Assembly (NCBI GenBank): GCA_047495785.1
Contig: JBLDXI010000013.1
Coordinates: forward strand, 1,364,001-1,428,000
Reading direction: 5' to 3'
Length of the DNA stretch: 64,000 bases
From: Lepidodermella squamata
Taxonomy: Eukaryota > Animalia > Gastrotricha
Part shown: in pieces, positions 51,068 through 63,650 of the stretch
How positions within the stretch are numbered: the first letter of the stretch is position 1
How the letters are laid out: each line of letters opens with the position of its first letter
The notes under the pieces: generated by a model
What the model saw: only the letters and a program-made list of their open reading frames with translations
The model's database searches: none
Told to the model about the DNA's origin: nothing
Program-made: the position numbers and the translations under genes

Positions 51068-53049
51068 TTAAACTGCTTCTTCGTCAGAAAGATTATCCAA
51101 TAATTCGGACTTGTCCCAAGATGCTGCCGCAACCTTATTTTCTGCAATCGTAGGCTCGTCATCAATCACAGTCCCTTCAGCCAGTTCTAAGACTTCGGGC
51201 GACATGTGCTGTTGGGATTGATGCTCTTCAGCCAATGGAGAACATTCAGTCTGGTGAATCTCAGTAGAATCACCCTTCTCCTCTGTCGGCTCCACCTTGG
51301 ATAACTGGTTTCCGATAGGAGAATCGACATTTTCGACAGTGATGATTGGCTCTTCTGAGACAATTCTTGCCTCAACTTCCGTCACGCAAGTTTCGTTAGG
51401 TTGGCTCTCAATGTCGTCGAATGGCGTGTCTTTAACCCATTCTTTCTCGTCTGTTAAGGTGGACGAAGGCTCAGCCTCAGTGCTCGCCGCTTTCTTTCGC
51501 CTAGGCGGTGCGATTATTGTTTCGTCTTCCCCTTCATTCGAATCAGGATTTTCTTCAGCCTCCTTAATCTCAGTACGGTTCAATGATAAACCACCAGCTT
51601 GATTTGCTAGAGAATCGCTATCACCATCTTGATCACTGTGGAACGTGTTGTTCGAAACAATACTCATCGAGGTGCTTAGATATTCGACTGAGACATTGCC
51701 CAAGGGTGTAGCCAGAAGATTTGCCTGATCGAAACTGGTCGACGGAGCCAGGTGATTACCACCGTAATCTTCGCTGTTTTCACTAAACATTCGATCTGTG
51801 CTGTTTCGTTTTACATGTATCGCGTTCGATAGATCTTCGAGATCCTGCATTGCCTGTTTGTACTTCGTTTTCGCCTGTTCCCACTGCGTGCGTTGTTTCG
51901 TAACCTGGGCAGCTAATTCCTCCAATTTAGCCTCCACTTCAACCTTGTACTCGTAAAATGCTGACGTCTTTTTGATGACTCGCTTGCGATGTTCGTATTC
52001 AGCTTTCATCTGCTTCTGAAGTGCCATGGCGGAATCCTGCTTTTCGATGAGCTTTTTCAACAGATTCCCCGTTTCAGCTTTCCATTTCGCAGACTCGCCC
52101 TCCGCATGCCGACGCACTGTTTGACAAGGGAAATTACACGTTTGATTACGATGGAATCTAGAATCTAACCTTCTAGAAAAGCTTCGGATGACATCTCTTC
52201 AGATCCTGCTGGAAAATTGAATCTCAGCTGAGCAATTGCGTCCTCCGCCATCGTCCACAACGATTCGGCTGCTTTCATCTCTTGGTTCAGCTTAGCTATT
52301 TCTCGCTCAGTCTAACCACATAAAACTCAGTAGAATTAATGACTTTCAGACAAGTTATTCTTACCATCTTGTTAACGCGATACAGGCGGAAGTAAGGTGC
52401 AGCCAGTTCGATATCCTTCTTGCTGATACCCTTTCCGAGTTTCGCTAGATGTCTCTCCGCATTCTCTAGGGTAGATTTGTGCAATGCGATTGTTTCCTAA
52501 AAAGCCCACCTTAATTCTAGACTTGCATTAAAAATAATCATTTTAAACATACGCCAGTCATTGTGGCGAGCGAGTTCACATTGGCCATACATTCGTTCAT
52601 GATATCCAACTGAGCTTTGACTTCGGCTTCTTCCTCAAACGCTTCTTCTTCCTGGCTGAGCCTCGGATCAAACATCTGATCGGCTGAATTTTCGCGAGAA
52701 AATGACGGCGTTGTTTCAGATACATTGTTTGTGTCTTGTGTTCGGGATTTTGGAGTTGTTGGCTCATCATCTCCGAGTTTAGTAACCATCACGTTATCTT
52801 TCGGTGGCGATTGAGCGTTTTCGGACTTCAATTTTAGCCTTATTTTTGCATTTCGCCGCGACACCAGATGAGGCGGTGAAATTACAACGTAAAACATGCT
52901 GGAACCAGTCGAGGAACTGTTGACCTGGCTTGAAGATACCGTTTTCGATCGGCCACGACTATCAGCCCGTGAAAGTGGCGTGCCACCAGCGGAGGATGAC
53001 GGCTTTGACACGAGAAGGTCATCGGTGGCCGCACCCGATGCCCCTCCAT
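51068..53049 (-). CDS. SH3BP5: SH3 domain-binding protein 5 family (Rab11 GEF, parcas-like); 4 exons
   Basis: AQLDIMNE..VNSL, IELAAPYF and IKKTSAFYEYK..AKTKYKQAMQDLEDLSNAIHVKR coiled-coil signature; acidic tail. Confidence 0.75.
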
Positions 53050-53796
53050 AAAAATTGGTCGTTAGCGGAATTTTGACAGATCAAAACATAAACACCAACT
53101 CCAAAACAGGACTGTTAATCCCTAACGATATTTAAATAAAAACATTCAAATATTTGTTTTACCATCTTTTACTCTTTTCAAACTTTTTCCATATCAGTCA
53201 TTTTTTTGAAATAACTAAGCGAGGATACAGTTGAAATATGCGAAAACTGATCATAGATTATAAGAGGAATAAAGATACATTTTTCTTATGTCCTCAATAC
53301 CTATTTTCGTATATTTTTCTATATATCCGGCCAATAACATCGGTTCGAACACCGTATAACTTACAGAATTGCCCAAAGCCACAAGTCACCTTATATTTGT
53401 CATCACACTTCCACACACGTCAACTACGACTTGCGAGATAGATGAGATAGAGAAAGAAGAAACGGACGAAGCACACCGTGTTGCCGATCGCTTCGTCCCA
53501 TCACGTTTCACATTTTATTGTTGAATATAATAATTATAATAATAACGTTAACGGACAGAACACCGAGTTCACAGCTGGTTGAACAAAAATCAAATTACAG
53601 CTTTTTTCTGGTATTTTTTCGTTATAACAACGGCAATATAAACAATAAGGGCTAGGTATGATTCCCTGGATTGATTGAGACAATGAAACAAAGTAGAATC
53701 ATTTTTATGAGCATAGTCAGTTTCACTTTTCCCAGTTCTTTTCTCTGATGTAGGATACATTTGAAATTATAATATGAATTTGTTTTCTATAACAAT

Positions 53797-56696
53797 CTAT
53801 AGTTCAGGACTATGTGTCGGCTCTTCGCCATCGGCAGGTTTCTCGGTTTGCTCAGTGGTCTCTGGCGCCTTGGTGGTGCTTTCGTTGTTGGCTTCAGTGG
53901 TCGTCTCGGATTTGTTATCACCAGCTGTTTCAGGAGATTCAGTTTTACCGGTTTCAGTGTCAATGGTGATTGACTCATTTTGCTCTTTCTTCGCCTTCTT
54001 AGGCTTCGGCTTCGGCTTAGGACGGTATGCTTTCGCCTTGTTGGTCAGGTAACGAACTTCGCGCTCTAAGATGGCACCCTTTTCCTTAATATCTTCAGTC
54101 TTCAGTTTCGGCTCTTCGAAAGGCTTGGTGCTGTTTTGCGCAGCCCATTGAGCCATTAGCCATGCTTGGGTCTCATTGACTTGTCGCTCGAGGGCACTCA
54201 GCTCGGTTTCGCTGAAGAGCGTGTCGCCATGCTCGGCAGAAATATTTTCAGCCATCTGCAAACAACATTAAGAGTTATGATGGGCAAACTTGGATAGTCA
54301 AAAACTTACGCTCTTGAATGCATTGTAGACGACTTGGGAAGAATTCAACGCTTGTTGAATGTAGCTGAGGGCTTTCGGCAGCTCCCTAGCATAACGCATT
54401 CTATCGAACCAGCCTTGAATTGCGGCTTTAAGTTGGGTTTGACGGTCAACATATTCGGACAGTGGAGTCTTATCGCCGGCTTCCTCATCGAGCCAATCGC
54501 CAATTTCCTTAGCCTTGGCGAAAATAGTGTCCCAGTCCTCGCTCTTGAGGTACTTCTTCGGCTCTTCCTGCTCCAACTTGTCTTTAACGTCGATAATGCC
54601 GGCCTCGAGATCGTTTCTAGCCTTAGCCAGCTGCAGTTTCAACTCATCGCGTTTCCGGAATTCGCGAAGCAGAGCGCGAGATACAACCATTTCATCTTCA
54701 GGGAACTGCTTTGCGCCAAGATACTCAATGGCGTAAGTCAAGTTTTCACGATATGTCACAGTTTTAGTTTTCACGATAACATTTTCTGAGGCGGGAGTAG
54801 CAGTAGCGTTATTAGCTTCAGTCGAGTTAGTTTCAGGCGTTGGGGTGGCAGTGCCTTCAGTCGGCGCACCGCTGGCGTCAGCAGTTGAATTGGTCGAGTT
54901 GTCATCGGAGCTGAACAGATTTTTCAACTTATCACCGAAAGATGAGAAGATTCCCTTCTTCTCGTCAACCGCAATAGTTTCGTTCTCCTCAGCCTCGAAA
55001 ATCGCCTCCATCATGCGCAGGTGCAAAATGCCGCTGTCGTCCATGCCGAAATGCGCCTTAACGCCCTTGGCTGTTTTGTCTGCGTGCTTTTCGAAAGCCT
55101 TACCAACATCGGAGACTTTGACAGACCAGGTCGGATCGACATTTCCGCCGAAGGTGACGTTGAAAGTAAAGTCATTGGAGTGTTTGCCGAATGTGATCAA
55201 TTTCTTCTGAGGGAATGGACTAGCGACGTCGAACAACATACGTTTCACGGTACCTTCGGTTTGCTCTTTCTTATTCTTGTCATCGACAATGCGATCGAAT
55301 TCGACAGAGATAGGGTAGGTAACAGCGTCACGCAGAACGATGCGTTTCACCTTGAAGCCCTTGCTAAGATGAGCGGCTTGGTAAACAGAACCGAGGGCAG
55401 CGGCTTCGTCTGTGTTCAAACCACGTCCGAGTTCGACTTCTTTGCCTTCAAGCGATTTCCTCAGAATCTCCTGAACCTTTGGGATACGAGTTCCAGCGCC
55501 CATCAGGACGACTTCAGAGATGGCGTCAGGACTGATGTTTGCACGACTGAGAGCCTCCTTGATCAAAACGGGAATTTGTTTGAAAATCGGGTCGCATGCG
55601 TCTTCAAGTTCAGCACGAGTCATATGACCGGCAAAATCGACTTCACCAATCAGACTTTCGACGTTTGATGAAACAGCATTATTAGCGCTGAGGACGTGCA
55701 CAACTCGAGAGGCCTCTTTGTACAGCTTCAGCATAGCTCTCGGGTCCTGGCGAATATTGGGGCCATTCTTGGTCTTGGCATTAGTCTCATATTGATGAGC
55801 CAAGTGGGAGCGAACAGCGGTGTGGATTGCAGAAGTGCCCAGATCGCGAGAGTAGGCGACGCCTCGGATGATAACATGCTCGACCATTTCGCCATCATCT
55901 TTCGCCTTTTGCTTCTCGAATGAAACCACTGAAGCTGTCGTGTGGGTCGATCCCATGTCGAAAAGCACAAAATATTGCGGGGTGTCGCTGAAACTCGATA
56001 ATCTATTCAAAAAAATTAGTTATATGAATTAGATATAACTGATCCCCCAACTCACTTGACTAGACCATATTGAAGAGCGGCAGCCGCGTTGTCGTTAATA
56101 AGTTGAAGAACACTGATCCCTGCAAGATCGGCAGCTCTCAAGATTGCTTGACGCTCGAGTTGACCGAAATGGACAGGTACAGTGACGATGCCATTCTTTA
56201 TTTTTTGCTCGGTGAAATCTTCGCAGTTCATACGGGCGTACTCCAAGATCATTCCAAGAATTTCTTCAGGACGATAAGACTTCGCCTCGCCATCTTCGCC
56301 TTTTTTGTACCGGAAAACAACGGTGCCAGTGGCAGGGTCTTCCACCAGGTCGTAAAACGGGTATGATTCCTTGAATTTCTGCACAGATGGATGAGACATG
56401 TTCTTGCCTATCACATCCAGCAGATAGGCGTAGCGCTGATGGGGCTTTCTGGCGCCTTTTGAATTGGCACTTTCAGCAAAGATGCGTTCATCTTCACTCA
56501 AAAACAGTACAGTCGGAGTTTTACGCTGCGATTCTTTGTTCAAGACGATTTCCATAGGCACACCAGGCTTTACAATAGCAAATTTGGCGTATTCATTGCC
56601 CAAGTCAATCGACATGACGGCAATGCCGAAAGCTCCGTTTATCATCAGCTGCCATGAGAACAAGCCGAGCAGACCCGCAATAAGGAAGGAATTCAT
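53797..56696 (-). CDS. HYOU1: Hypoxia up-regulated protein 1 (GRP170, ER Hsp70-family NEF); 3 exons
   Basis: Signal peptide, AVMSIDLG, VKPGVPMEIVLNKESQRKTP, LNTDEAAALG..HLSKGFKVK and LEREVRYL.NKAK..RPKPKPK. Confidence 0.95.
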
Positions 56697-56890
56697 AATT
56701 CCGAAACGTGACCCAGAATGAACTTAATATGCTGTTCAAGTATATATGATTTTAAATAAATCTAGTTGTCGAAAGTCAAAAGAAAATCAACTTTATCGAA
56801 AATCATGAATCAAGGTAAAATTTAGCAGCAAGGATGATCCAAATAATATCACTTCAGTGCGAGATAAAATCAATAAATTAGTTATCAGAA

Positions 56891-58180
56891 TCACTTAGTG
56901 AAGCGTCGCGCCTCGTTCAAAAACTCTTTGAAGTCGACAACTTGCCCAGTGCGGCGAGCTTTCTCTGCAGCGAATACCAGCAAATGACTATTCAGAGTTT
57001 CCTCAAGCCCAGATAAAATATATTTGGAAGCGTTCTCAGTGACAGCTCGAACGAATGCATCCATCAGATAGAAATCACCGCCAAAATGACCGGCAAGTCG
57101 CGAATCGGGTGATTGGAAATATTCGGGGCCGTAAGTTGTAACTTTATCCCCATTGAACTGAAACAAGCGGATGCTATGACCATCACATACTAGCTCGCCC
57201 TTCGAGCCAAAAATGCGAGTCTTGCGAACGCAGATATCTTCAGTGAATGCCACCATGGTAAAAGTTGCCGTTTGACCATCAACAAATTGCATTGAAACCA
57301 CCTGATTGTCAACGACATCGTTGTCACATTCGTAAACGCAGCGACCGTAAGGACCATTCTTCAACTGATAATCAATGTCAGCTTCTGTTTTGAGGTCGCT
57401 AACAACTGAGACAGGCCAACCGGTATTTCCCCGACGAAAACTTTCAAGGTAGATTTTGTTCGCAGAAAATGCACAGTCTTTCTCATGAGAGCAATCAAAG
57501 CAACGTGTAGCTACGCCTGCTTCGACAGGTTTCTTGGACTTGTTGAAATGATTCAAGCTACCAAAGGATGAAACATGTGAGACTGGAGCGCCATCCATAA
57601 AATAAATTATGAGATCGATATCATGGCAAGATTTAGCTAGCAATGAGAACGTGCTATCAGCCTCTTTGCGCCAGTTGCCGCGCACAAAGCTATGTGCGAA
57701 ATGCCAATAGCCAATGTTCTCCATGTGATTGATGCTTACTATTTCGCCAATTGCACCTTCGTCGATCAAAGACTTTACTTTCTTATACAACGTGGTGTAT
57801 CTTAACACGTGCCCAACGCTTAGCATTACGTTGCTACGAGTCACCGCATCGTATATGCTTTGGCACTCTAAAACACTGGTGGCCATCGGCTTTTCAAGCA
57901 AAATATGATAACCCAGCTTTGAAAATGCCAAAGCAGGGTCACGGTGCTGCTGATCTTGCGTCGCGATGACCACGGCATCCGCGAATCGCTGCTTGTGAAG
58001 CAGAGGCTCCCATGATTCAAAAGCCATGTCTTGAGAAAGATTGTATAATTCTACCATTCTTTGACGTCTCGTGGCGTTTGGCTCGGCCACGGCGACTATC
58101 GTCAATTTCTCCGGATACTCAAGAGCATATTGCGCGTAATTTGATCCGCGCTGCCCGCAGCCCACAACAATCAGTTTCAT
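56891..58180 (-). CDS. Gfo/Idh/MocA-family NAD(P)-dependent oxidoreductase (YteT-like), single exon
   Basis: Rossmann VVGCGQRG, HILLEKPMA, GHVLRY, HFAHSFVRGNWR, LAKSCHDID and YGRCVYECDNDV. Confidence 0.92.
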   Translation of the reverse strand: MKLIVVGCGQRGSNYAQYALEYPEKLTIVAVAEPNATRRQRMVELYNLSQDMAFESWEPLLHKQRFADAVVIATQDQQHRDPALAFSKLGYHILLEKPMATSVLECQSIYDAVTRSNVMLSVGHVLRYTTLYKKVKSLIDEGAIGEIVSINHMENIGYWHFAHSFVRGNWRKEADSTFSLLAKSCHDIDLIIYFMDGAPVSHVSSFGSLNHFNKSKKPVEAGVATRCFDCSHEKDCAFSANKIYLESFRRGNTGWPVSVVSDLKTEADIDYQLKNGPYGRCVYECDNDVVDNQVVSMQFVDGQTATFTMVAFTEDICVRKTRIFGSKGELVCDGHSIRLFQFNGDKVTTYGPEYFQSPDSRLAGHFGGDFYLMDAFVRAVTENASKYILSGLEETLNSHLLVFAAEKARRTGQVVDFKEFLNEARRFTK

Positions 58181-61100
58181 GACGCAAAAGGTGAGAATTT
58201 CTAAATACCTACTACTTTAATGACATTCTAAATCTGAGCATGAGACAAATAAGGGATGAGCTAATGAGGAAAAGTCTGTTACAACCATCAAGAGCGAGAA
58301 TCATGGAAAATTCTTCAAAGATGAAGAGCGTATAGGAGAAGAGAAATTAAACATGGGGTGACATAAGTTTCCGGTTTCTTGCATAAACCACTGTGAAGTC
58401 GCTTGATTACCATGTCATAGGCCAATAGAAATATTGGCAATGGGCAACGCATTATCCATCATCCACTATCGGCGTAAGGCTACGTCAGCTAACGGAGTCG
58501 TCAAAGCCGATTCGGCCTTACAACACTTTTACACGTGGCGCCGCCAAAAACTTTTCAAAAATTTGAAAAATTATCAAATTCATGCGCATATATTTTTTGT
58601 ATTTTGTTTCAATCAAAATTTTATTTGTACAATAATCTTTACAAGGTTAGGAATAAATTCGAAAATTTGAACTCCCGCGCAATTGGCGTTTTTTTCTGAT
58701 CGAGCAAAAAAAACTTTTGTACCGGACGATCCAAGGCAAATTGCCGCCGCTTTCCTACTTCATCTCCCTCAGAAACTTCTCTTGTCCACGCAATCTTTAC
58801 TGGTGCATTTTTCCAGTTCTGCCTGATACGGATTTTTTTCGGTCTCGCTTTCAAGCTGATGGAGATGTGATCAGCTGATAAGAGTCAGCTGATTCTGCCT
58901 GATAGAGATACCCATTTAGAATTGAAAGCTTGCTTGAAGAAGTCTTGGGAGTTGTATTACTCGAATTTAATCACTGACTTCAGACACTTTGCCAGATTTG
59001 CAATAAATATCAGGCGCCTTATGCATTATGCCGACTCGGTGGATTATTGTTCGACCCCGTCACTGTACAATGTTTGGATTGTAGCATTGGATAGCCTAAT
59101 GTGTGGTTTTAGTGTCATGTGCTATGGGGCTAGAATTGAAGACGAAGCAGGAAGCAGTAAACATTAAACTGAGGATTTCTGATTTCTGAGGATAAACCTT
59201 GGCAACGCTTACTTATACCAGAAATTGTTTGTTTAACATGTGCATTGCTTATTATCCTTCATAACGGTAATCAGTTTTGTGCATTGGCAACCTATCCACA
59301 GATGAGCTTTAAACTTTAAACGCTGAATCGGACTTGGAAACTTCACTTCACACTTGAACTGTGTGATCGACTTCACTGTGACTTCACTGTTTCACTTAAC
59401 TGTGATCGATAATTTAGACTCCTTGGGGGTCTGGGCTCTGAAATCTATGTGTGATCATGCTGGCTTACGAATTATAATAGGCTGAAGATTACCGCAGAGT
59501 GTGTTTTCGCTTCTTGGTCCACACTTGTAAACGGCTTCGAGTAAGAGATCGAAGCTGTATTGGCATTGGCAACAAAATAATTTACGCTTGCGAACTCATA
59601 TGCAGTTGGACCCTTGGGAAATGGGACGCGATGCGGAACAGGATTTTGTCTCTTGATGTTATTTATGTGTAAGTTCAGGTCTTTTCTAATGGCGGTGTTT
59701 AACCAAATGGTTCCGGAATAATCTATCGGGTTTCATGTTTTGAGAATGCCGCAATTTTCAAACAATGCATTCCAAAAAGAATTTTTATTAATTGCATGCC
59801 AACCCATGTTCAGCTGTCTTATGCTTAATTTTGGATCTTGCTCCTAGAAAATATCACTACCTCTTCTCCTCGATATCGCATTTAGTCTCCAATTTTCCCA
59901 TGTTGTCGGTAGCTGCCAATTGTTGTTTGATAATACCAATAATTGAAAAAAGTTGGGTAAGATTCCTCCGTGTTGTGGTAGCTTTCTGCGGGATGGCATA
60001 CATGTTGAAATTGAAGATTTTGCGAGCCGTGGGATGCATTATGTATGTCCAAGCTCCAAGCAAAAAGTGAATGTTTCAAATAATCTTGAATGATGGTGGG
60101 CACTATCATCCATCCAAATTGTATTGACATTCCCTGAGGAAGACGCAAATCTATCCGCATGAACTGTCTAGAATGTGCTGTTAGGTAGAAACTTTTGCGA
60201 ATGTCAAATAGTGCCTGGCATACTTTCCTTATATTCGTATATTTTTTGGGGCCGCAACGCTGGGATATTATGCTTCAGCCATTCAGATTCTGCGCTGCGC
60301 AGCAGAGAGGTTTAGTGCTTGATTTCATCAACTTCCTGCGTGGATTTCCCCCCAGATATTTCTAATCTTGAAATTTGTTAGCGTTTTATATTGTTCACAT
60401 TTTCCTCCTTTGCAATTGGTCAGTTTTCTACAGTTTGCTTGGAATACAACGATATTTATACTGACTTGTTTTCATTGCTCCTCATTTTGGCCTATTATTT
60501 GCACCCTTTTGTTATCCTTAGTTTTGTGAAAACAATAGCGTATGCTAGTTAAGCATTAGTTTGTTGTAATTCTCGATTACTAATAGCCTTAAGATTAATA
60601 GATCTTAATCGGCCATTGACTGGTGAGAATTGGGGATTAGGGGATTACAATAGATAATGGTTTTGACGCATTGTCACGATACGCCGGTAGTAAGCTTTAT
60701 TTGCAAAGTTTGTTGAACGTTTAGCAGCTGAATTTTCGCACTTCCATTGCATTCATTAATTTAATGAGGGACCTGTTGTTTTTTCGCAGTCCGACATGTA
60801 ATAGATAATGCGGATTTTCTCTAGTGTGTTTCCCACTGCAGGCAATTGAAAATGTCAACTATCCGATCGTTAATACCACTTGTGAAATTATCTGACATCT
60901 CATTTGACGGCGTTACACCATGTTGTGTACATAAACTGTGCTTGCGACGTGTTGCCATGACCTGAGTGGTCAATCTTTTGTTGCACTTATATCATAAGTG
61001 TGCAAATTATTAAACCTATTATCTTTTGTAGAGATTTTATTTTGAAGTAAAACGCCCATTGGTGCAGTCAGCACGTTCGAACGATCGTCTTTGAAGGTGC

Positions 61101-61927
61101 TCGCTCCGCCAACCCAGTCAGCATTATTGCAGCCTATTCACAGCAATTCTTCTAAGTGCCATTTCGGGGTCTTTCAATTTGAGCGCGCCCATTGTTTCAG
61201 GAGGACCGGCATATAACTTGTTTGTTTACTGTTTGTTCAACATATAACAACTGCAATAATATACAAGGAGCGGCTAAGTGTCTGCTTGGTACATGCGCAG
61301 GAGATATCATAGCAATATAATATCGACAGGCTGCGAGTTACTCGGCTATTATAATCGCTAGCGACAAAGCGAAAACGAGCTGAGCTCTCCATTGAAAAAT
61401 ACGAAAAGGTAATGAAATACTATGCACAGTTGGTTTATCTCTTTTTGGGCCATTGTAGTCGGCAAAACTGCCTCTCTTTACTTCTGCCACTAGACAGCCA
61501 TTATTGGCACTATTATCAGTATTTTCCATTACCTTCTAAGCGAGCGCACCGGGCTTATAACAGGCGCGTTGTATATATATCTTAGCTAACCTCAAACACG
61601 TACAAAAGGCCGCTGGTACTTATATGCTGATATTTTTTGTCTGCATCCGTACATCTCGCTCCCTGAATTGTTTTTTCCTGCACCCCTTAGATCAGCCTGG
61701 AATCGCTAATATTCGCGCGATACTGTGCGCGCGCCCTGTTTTTTGTTTACAGCTCGCGATGGCTTATATATAGATATATCCCACGAAACAGCCCCAGATT
61801 AGCGCACCAAATTACGTACCTGATTGATGGTATCCAGAGTTTAATAATTCACGACCTATAGGGTATTATGTTTCTTTAGAATCGATGAAAGCGGTATAGG
61901 TTTTTAACACAATAAAACACGGGGAAA

Positions 61928-62730
61928 ATGTTTCGCTCCGGATGTATGTTTATTTTTATTTCTTAACGTTTTCGTTACGCTCACATCGGCTAATTGTTAT
62001 TTCAATTGTCTCATTTTTTTCCGTTTCAGCTGAAGTGGATCCGGTGGCGTTAGCTCACGTTGTGCGGTCCGTCAAGTCCAAGTCTGTATCCCCAAGCTCC
62101 TCTGCTTACTCCTCGCTATCGTCCGGTGTCGATTTCAACCCCGCTTCATCGTCGTCTCTGCTTTGTTGTTCAACCTCGCCGCCTACAACGGCATCAGCTA
62201 ATTGTGATAGTAGCAAGCCCGTAGTCTCAAAAAACGAACCGGTAAAAAACGTTGGTCCTTACTTGCTGCGAATCGACGCCGAAGAAACGGCGAATTCTTC
62301 CAACCCGTCTTGGGTCAAGGCTCCCCTGCTCTCGGCAGGTGAGCTCGACACAACTGTGGCTGGGTTCAGCGAAGAAACTCTAGCGAAAACTTTGGAACTT
62401 TTTGGTACGTTTCGAATTACATTTTAAATAATAGTTATCACACGCTTCATTAACATTATTTATTTTTTTTCGAGAAAAAACTCGACGCTCGAGGGTCGCT
62501 CTATTTAATATTCAATGCGTCCTTTAAGCGTTTATTTGTTTTGCATGTAATAATTAATGCCCAGCCCGCGATTTGATGGCGAGTCAATTATTTCTGCTGC
62601 GGGCTGGTGGTGAAAAGATGTTTTGCCACCACCTCGCCCGAAATTAGCATGAGAAAACCACCCCCTAGTGTGTGTTTATGTTATTTTAGCAGGTAGGCAA
62701 GCCAGTTATATCTTATCGACGAACTCGTGA
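61928..62730 (+). CDS. Unknown Ser-rich protein; exons 61928-61943 and 62030-62404, with a possible terminal exon ending 62730 (or continuing beyond the window)
   Basis: ATG TTT CGC TCC GGA T|gtatgt splices in frame to tttcag|CT GAA GTG. The exon ends at G|gtacgt. No recognisable domain. Confidence 0.4.
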
Positions 62731-63620
62731 AAGACGCTAAAGCTGCCCAGGCAAAATCGGCCATAAAAGCGGATTGTTTATGGTTCAAGTAGGCTTCTTA
62801 GATAGTAGTACCCGTATTAATCGCGAAAATAGCGTTTTTGTTATCTGTAGTGCTCAAGTCAATGAGGTGCACAATCCGTTTCCGTCGCGAATTAATCGTA
62901 TACATGTTTATGTCTTATATGACCCATAAACAAGGTATATTATTCAAAATGAGGGACTGGATGATATAGTTCACTAGATTTTTCTCTGCACTATTTTGCG
63001 TTTAACTTCAATAAAAATTGGGGAGCGCACTAGATATTTATCTTAAGACCCGCTACTATTTGTCGCGCTAATTTTGCTGTCCAGCAATAGCACGCAACGT
63101 TGTTTATCCTCTTGAAAGTGTAATTAGGTGGTCCTTTTAGGTTTTTTCTGCTGCACCCTTCTGTCGTCAATAAGGTATAAAGGGAACCATCGCCAGGTAG
63201 AAGTTTTGTGTTATTTATTTATGAGATGCGGCCTTGCTTGAAATCGTTCATGCGCGAACTATGTGTAATTAATCAGCCGCGATGGAGTTCTTTTTATACA
63301 CTGCTATCAAGTTGAGTGAGGTATATGAATGCCAGCAATCTGTTTGTGTAAACAATTGGTGTCTCATCAGAGTGATGGACTCAACCGGCGTGCAGAAAGC
63401 TAAAAACACGAGGGTGCGATCGCGTCTTCTATTTAGAAGATTTGCTTGCGACAAACTTTTCATCATTATCACCGTTTTAACACCCAACGTTATATCGTAT
63501 TCGTAGCTCGTCAGGGGTTGCCGCCTGCAACAGCTTCTGTATTGAAGAAAAAAGGTTTGTAGCTTGTGCCGTTTAGATTGCGTATCTTTGTTATACGTGT
63601 TTTATTATCGGTATCTCTTC

Positions 63621-63650
63621 ATTATTATTATTATTATTATTATCATTATT
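63621..63650. repeat. (ATT)n microsatellite
   Basis: attattattattattattattatcattatt read directly. Confidence 0.8.

Noticed and set aside
54334-56721. Several long plus-strand ORFs antisense to HYOU1
   Set aside because: They are shadow ORFs caused by codon bias in an Hsp70-family gene, with no independent motifs.
58420-58545. Canonical ERSE (CCAAT-N9-CCACG) upstream of the oxidoreductase/HYOU1 pair
   Set aside because: Both half-motifs are present, but not in the required spacing or orientation.
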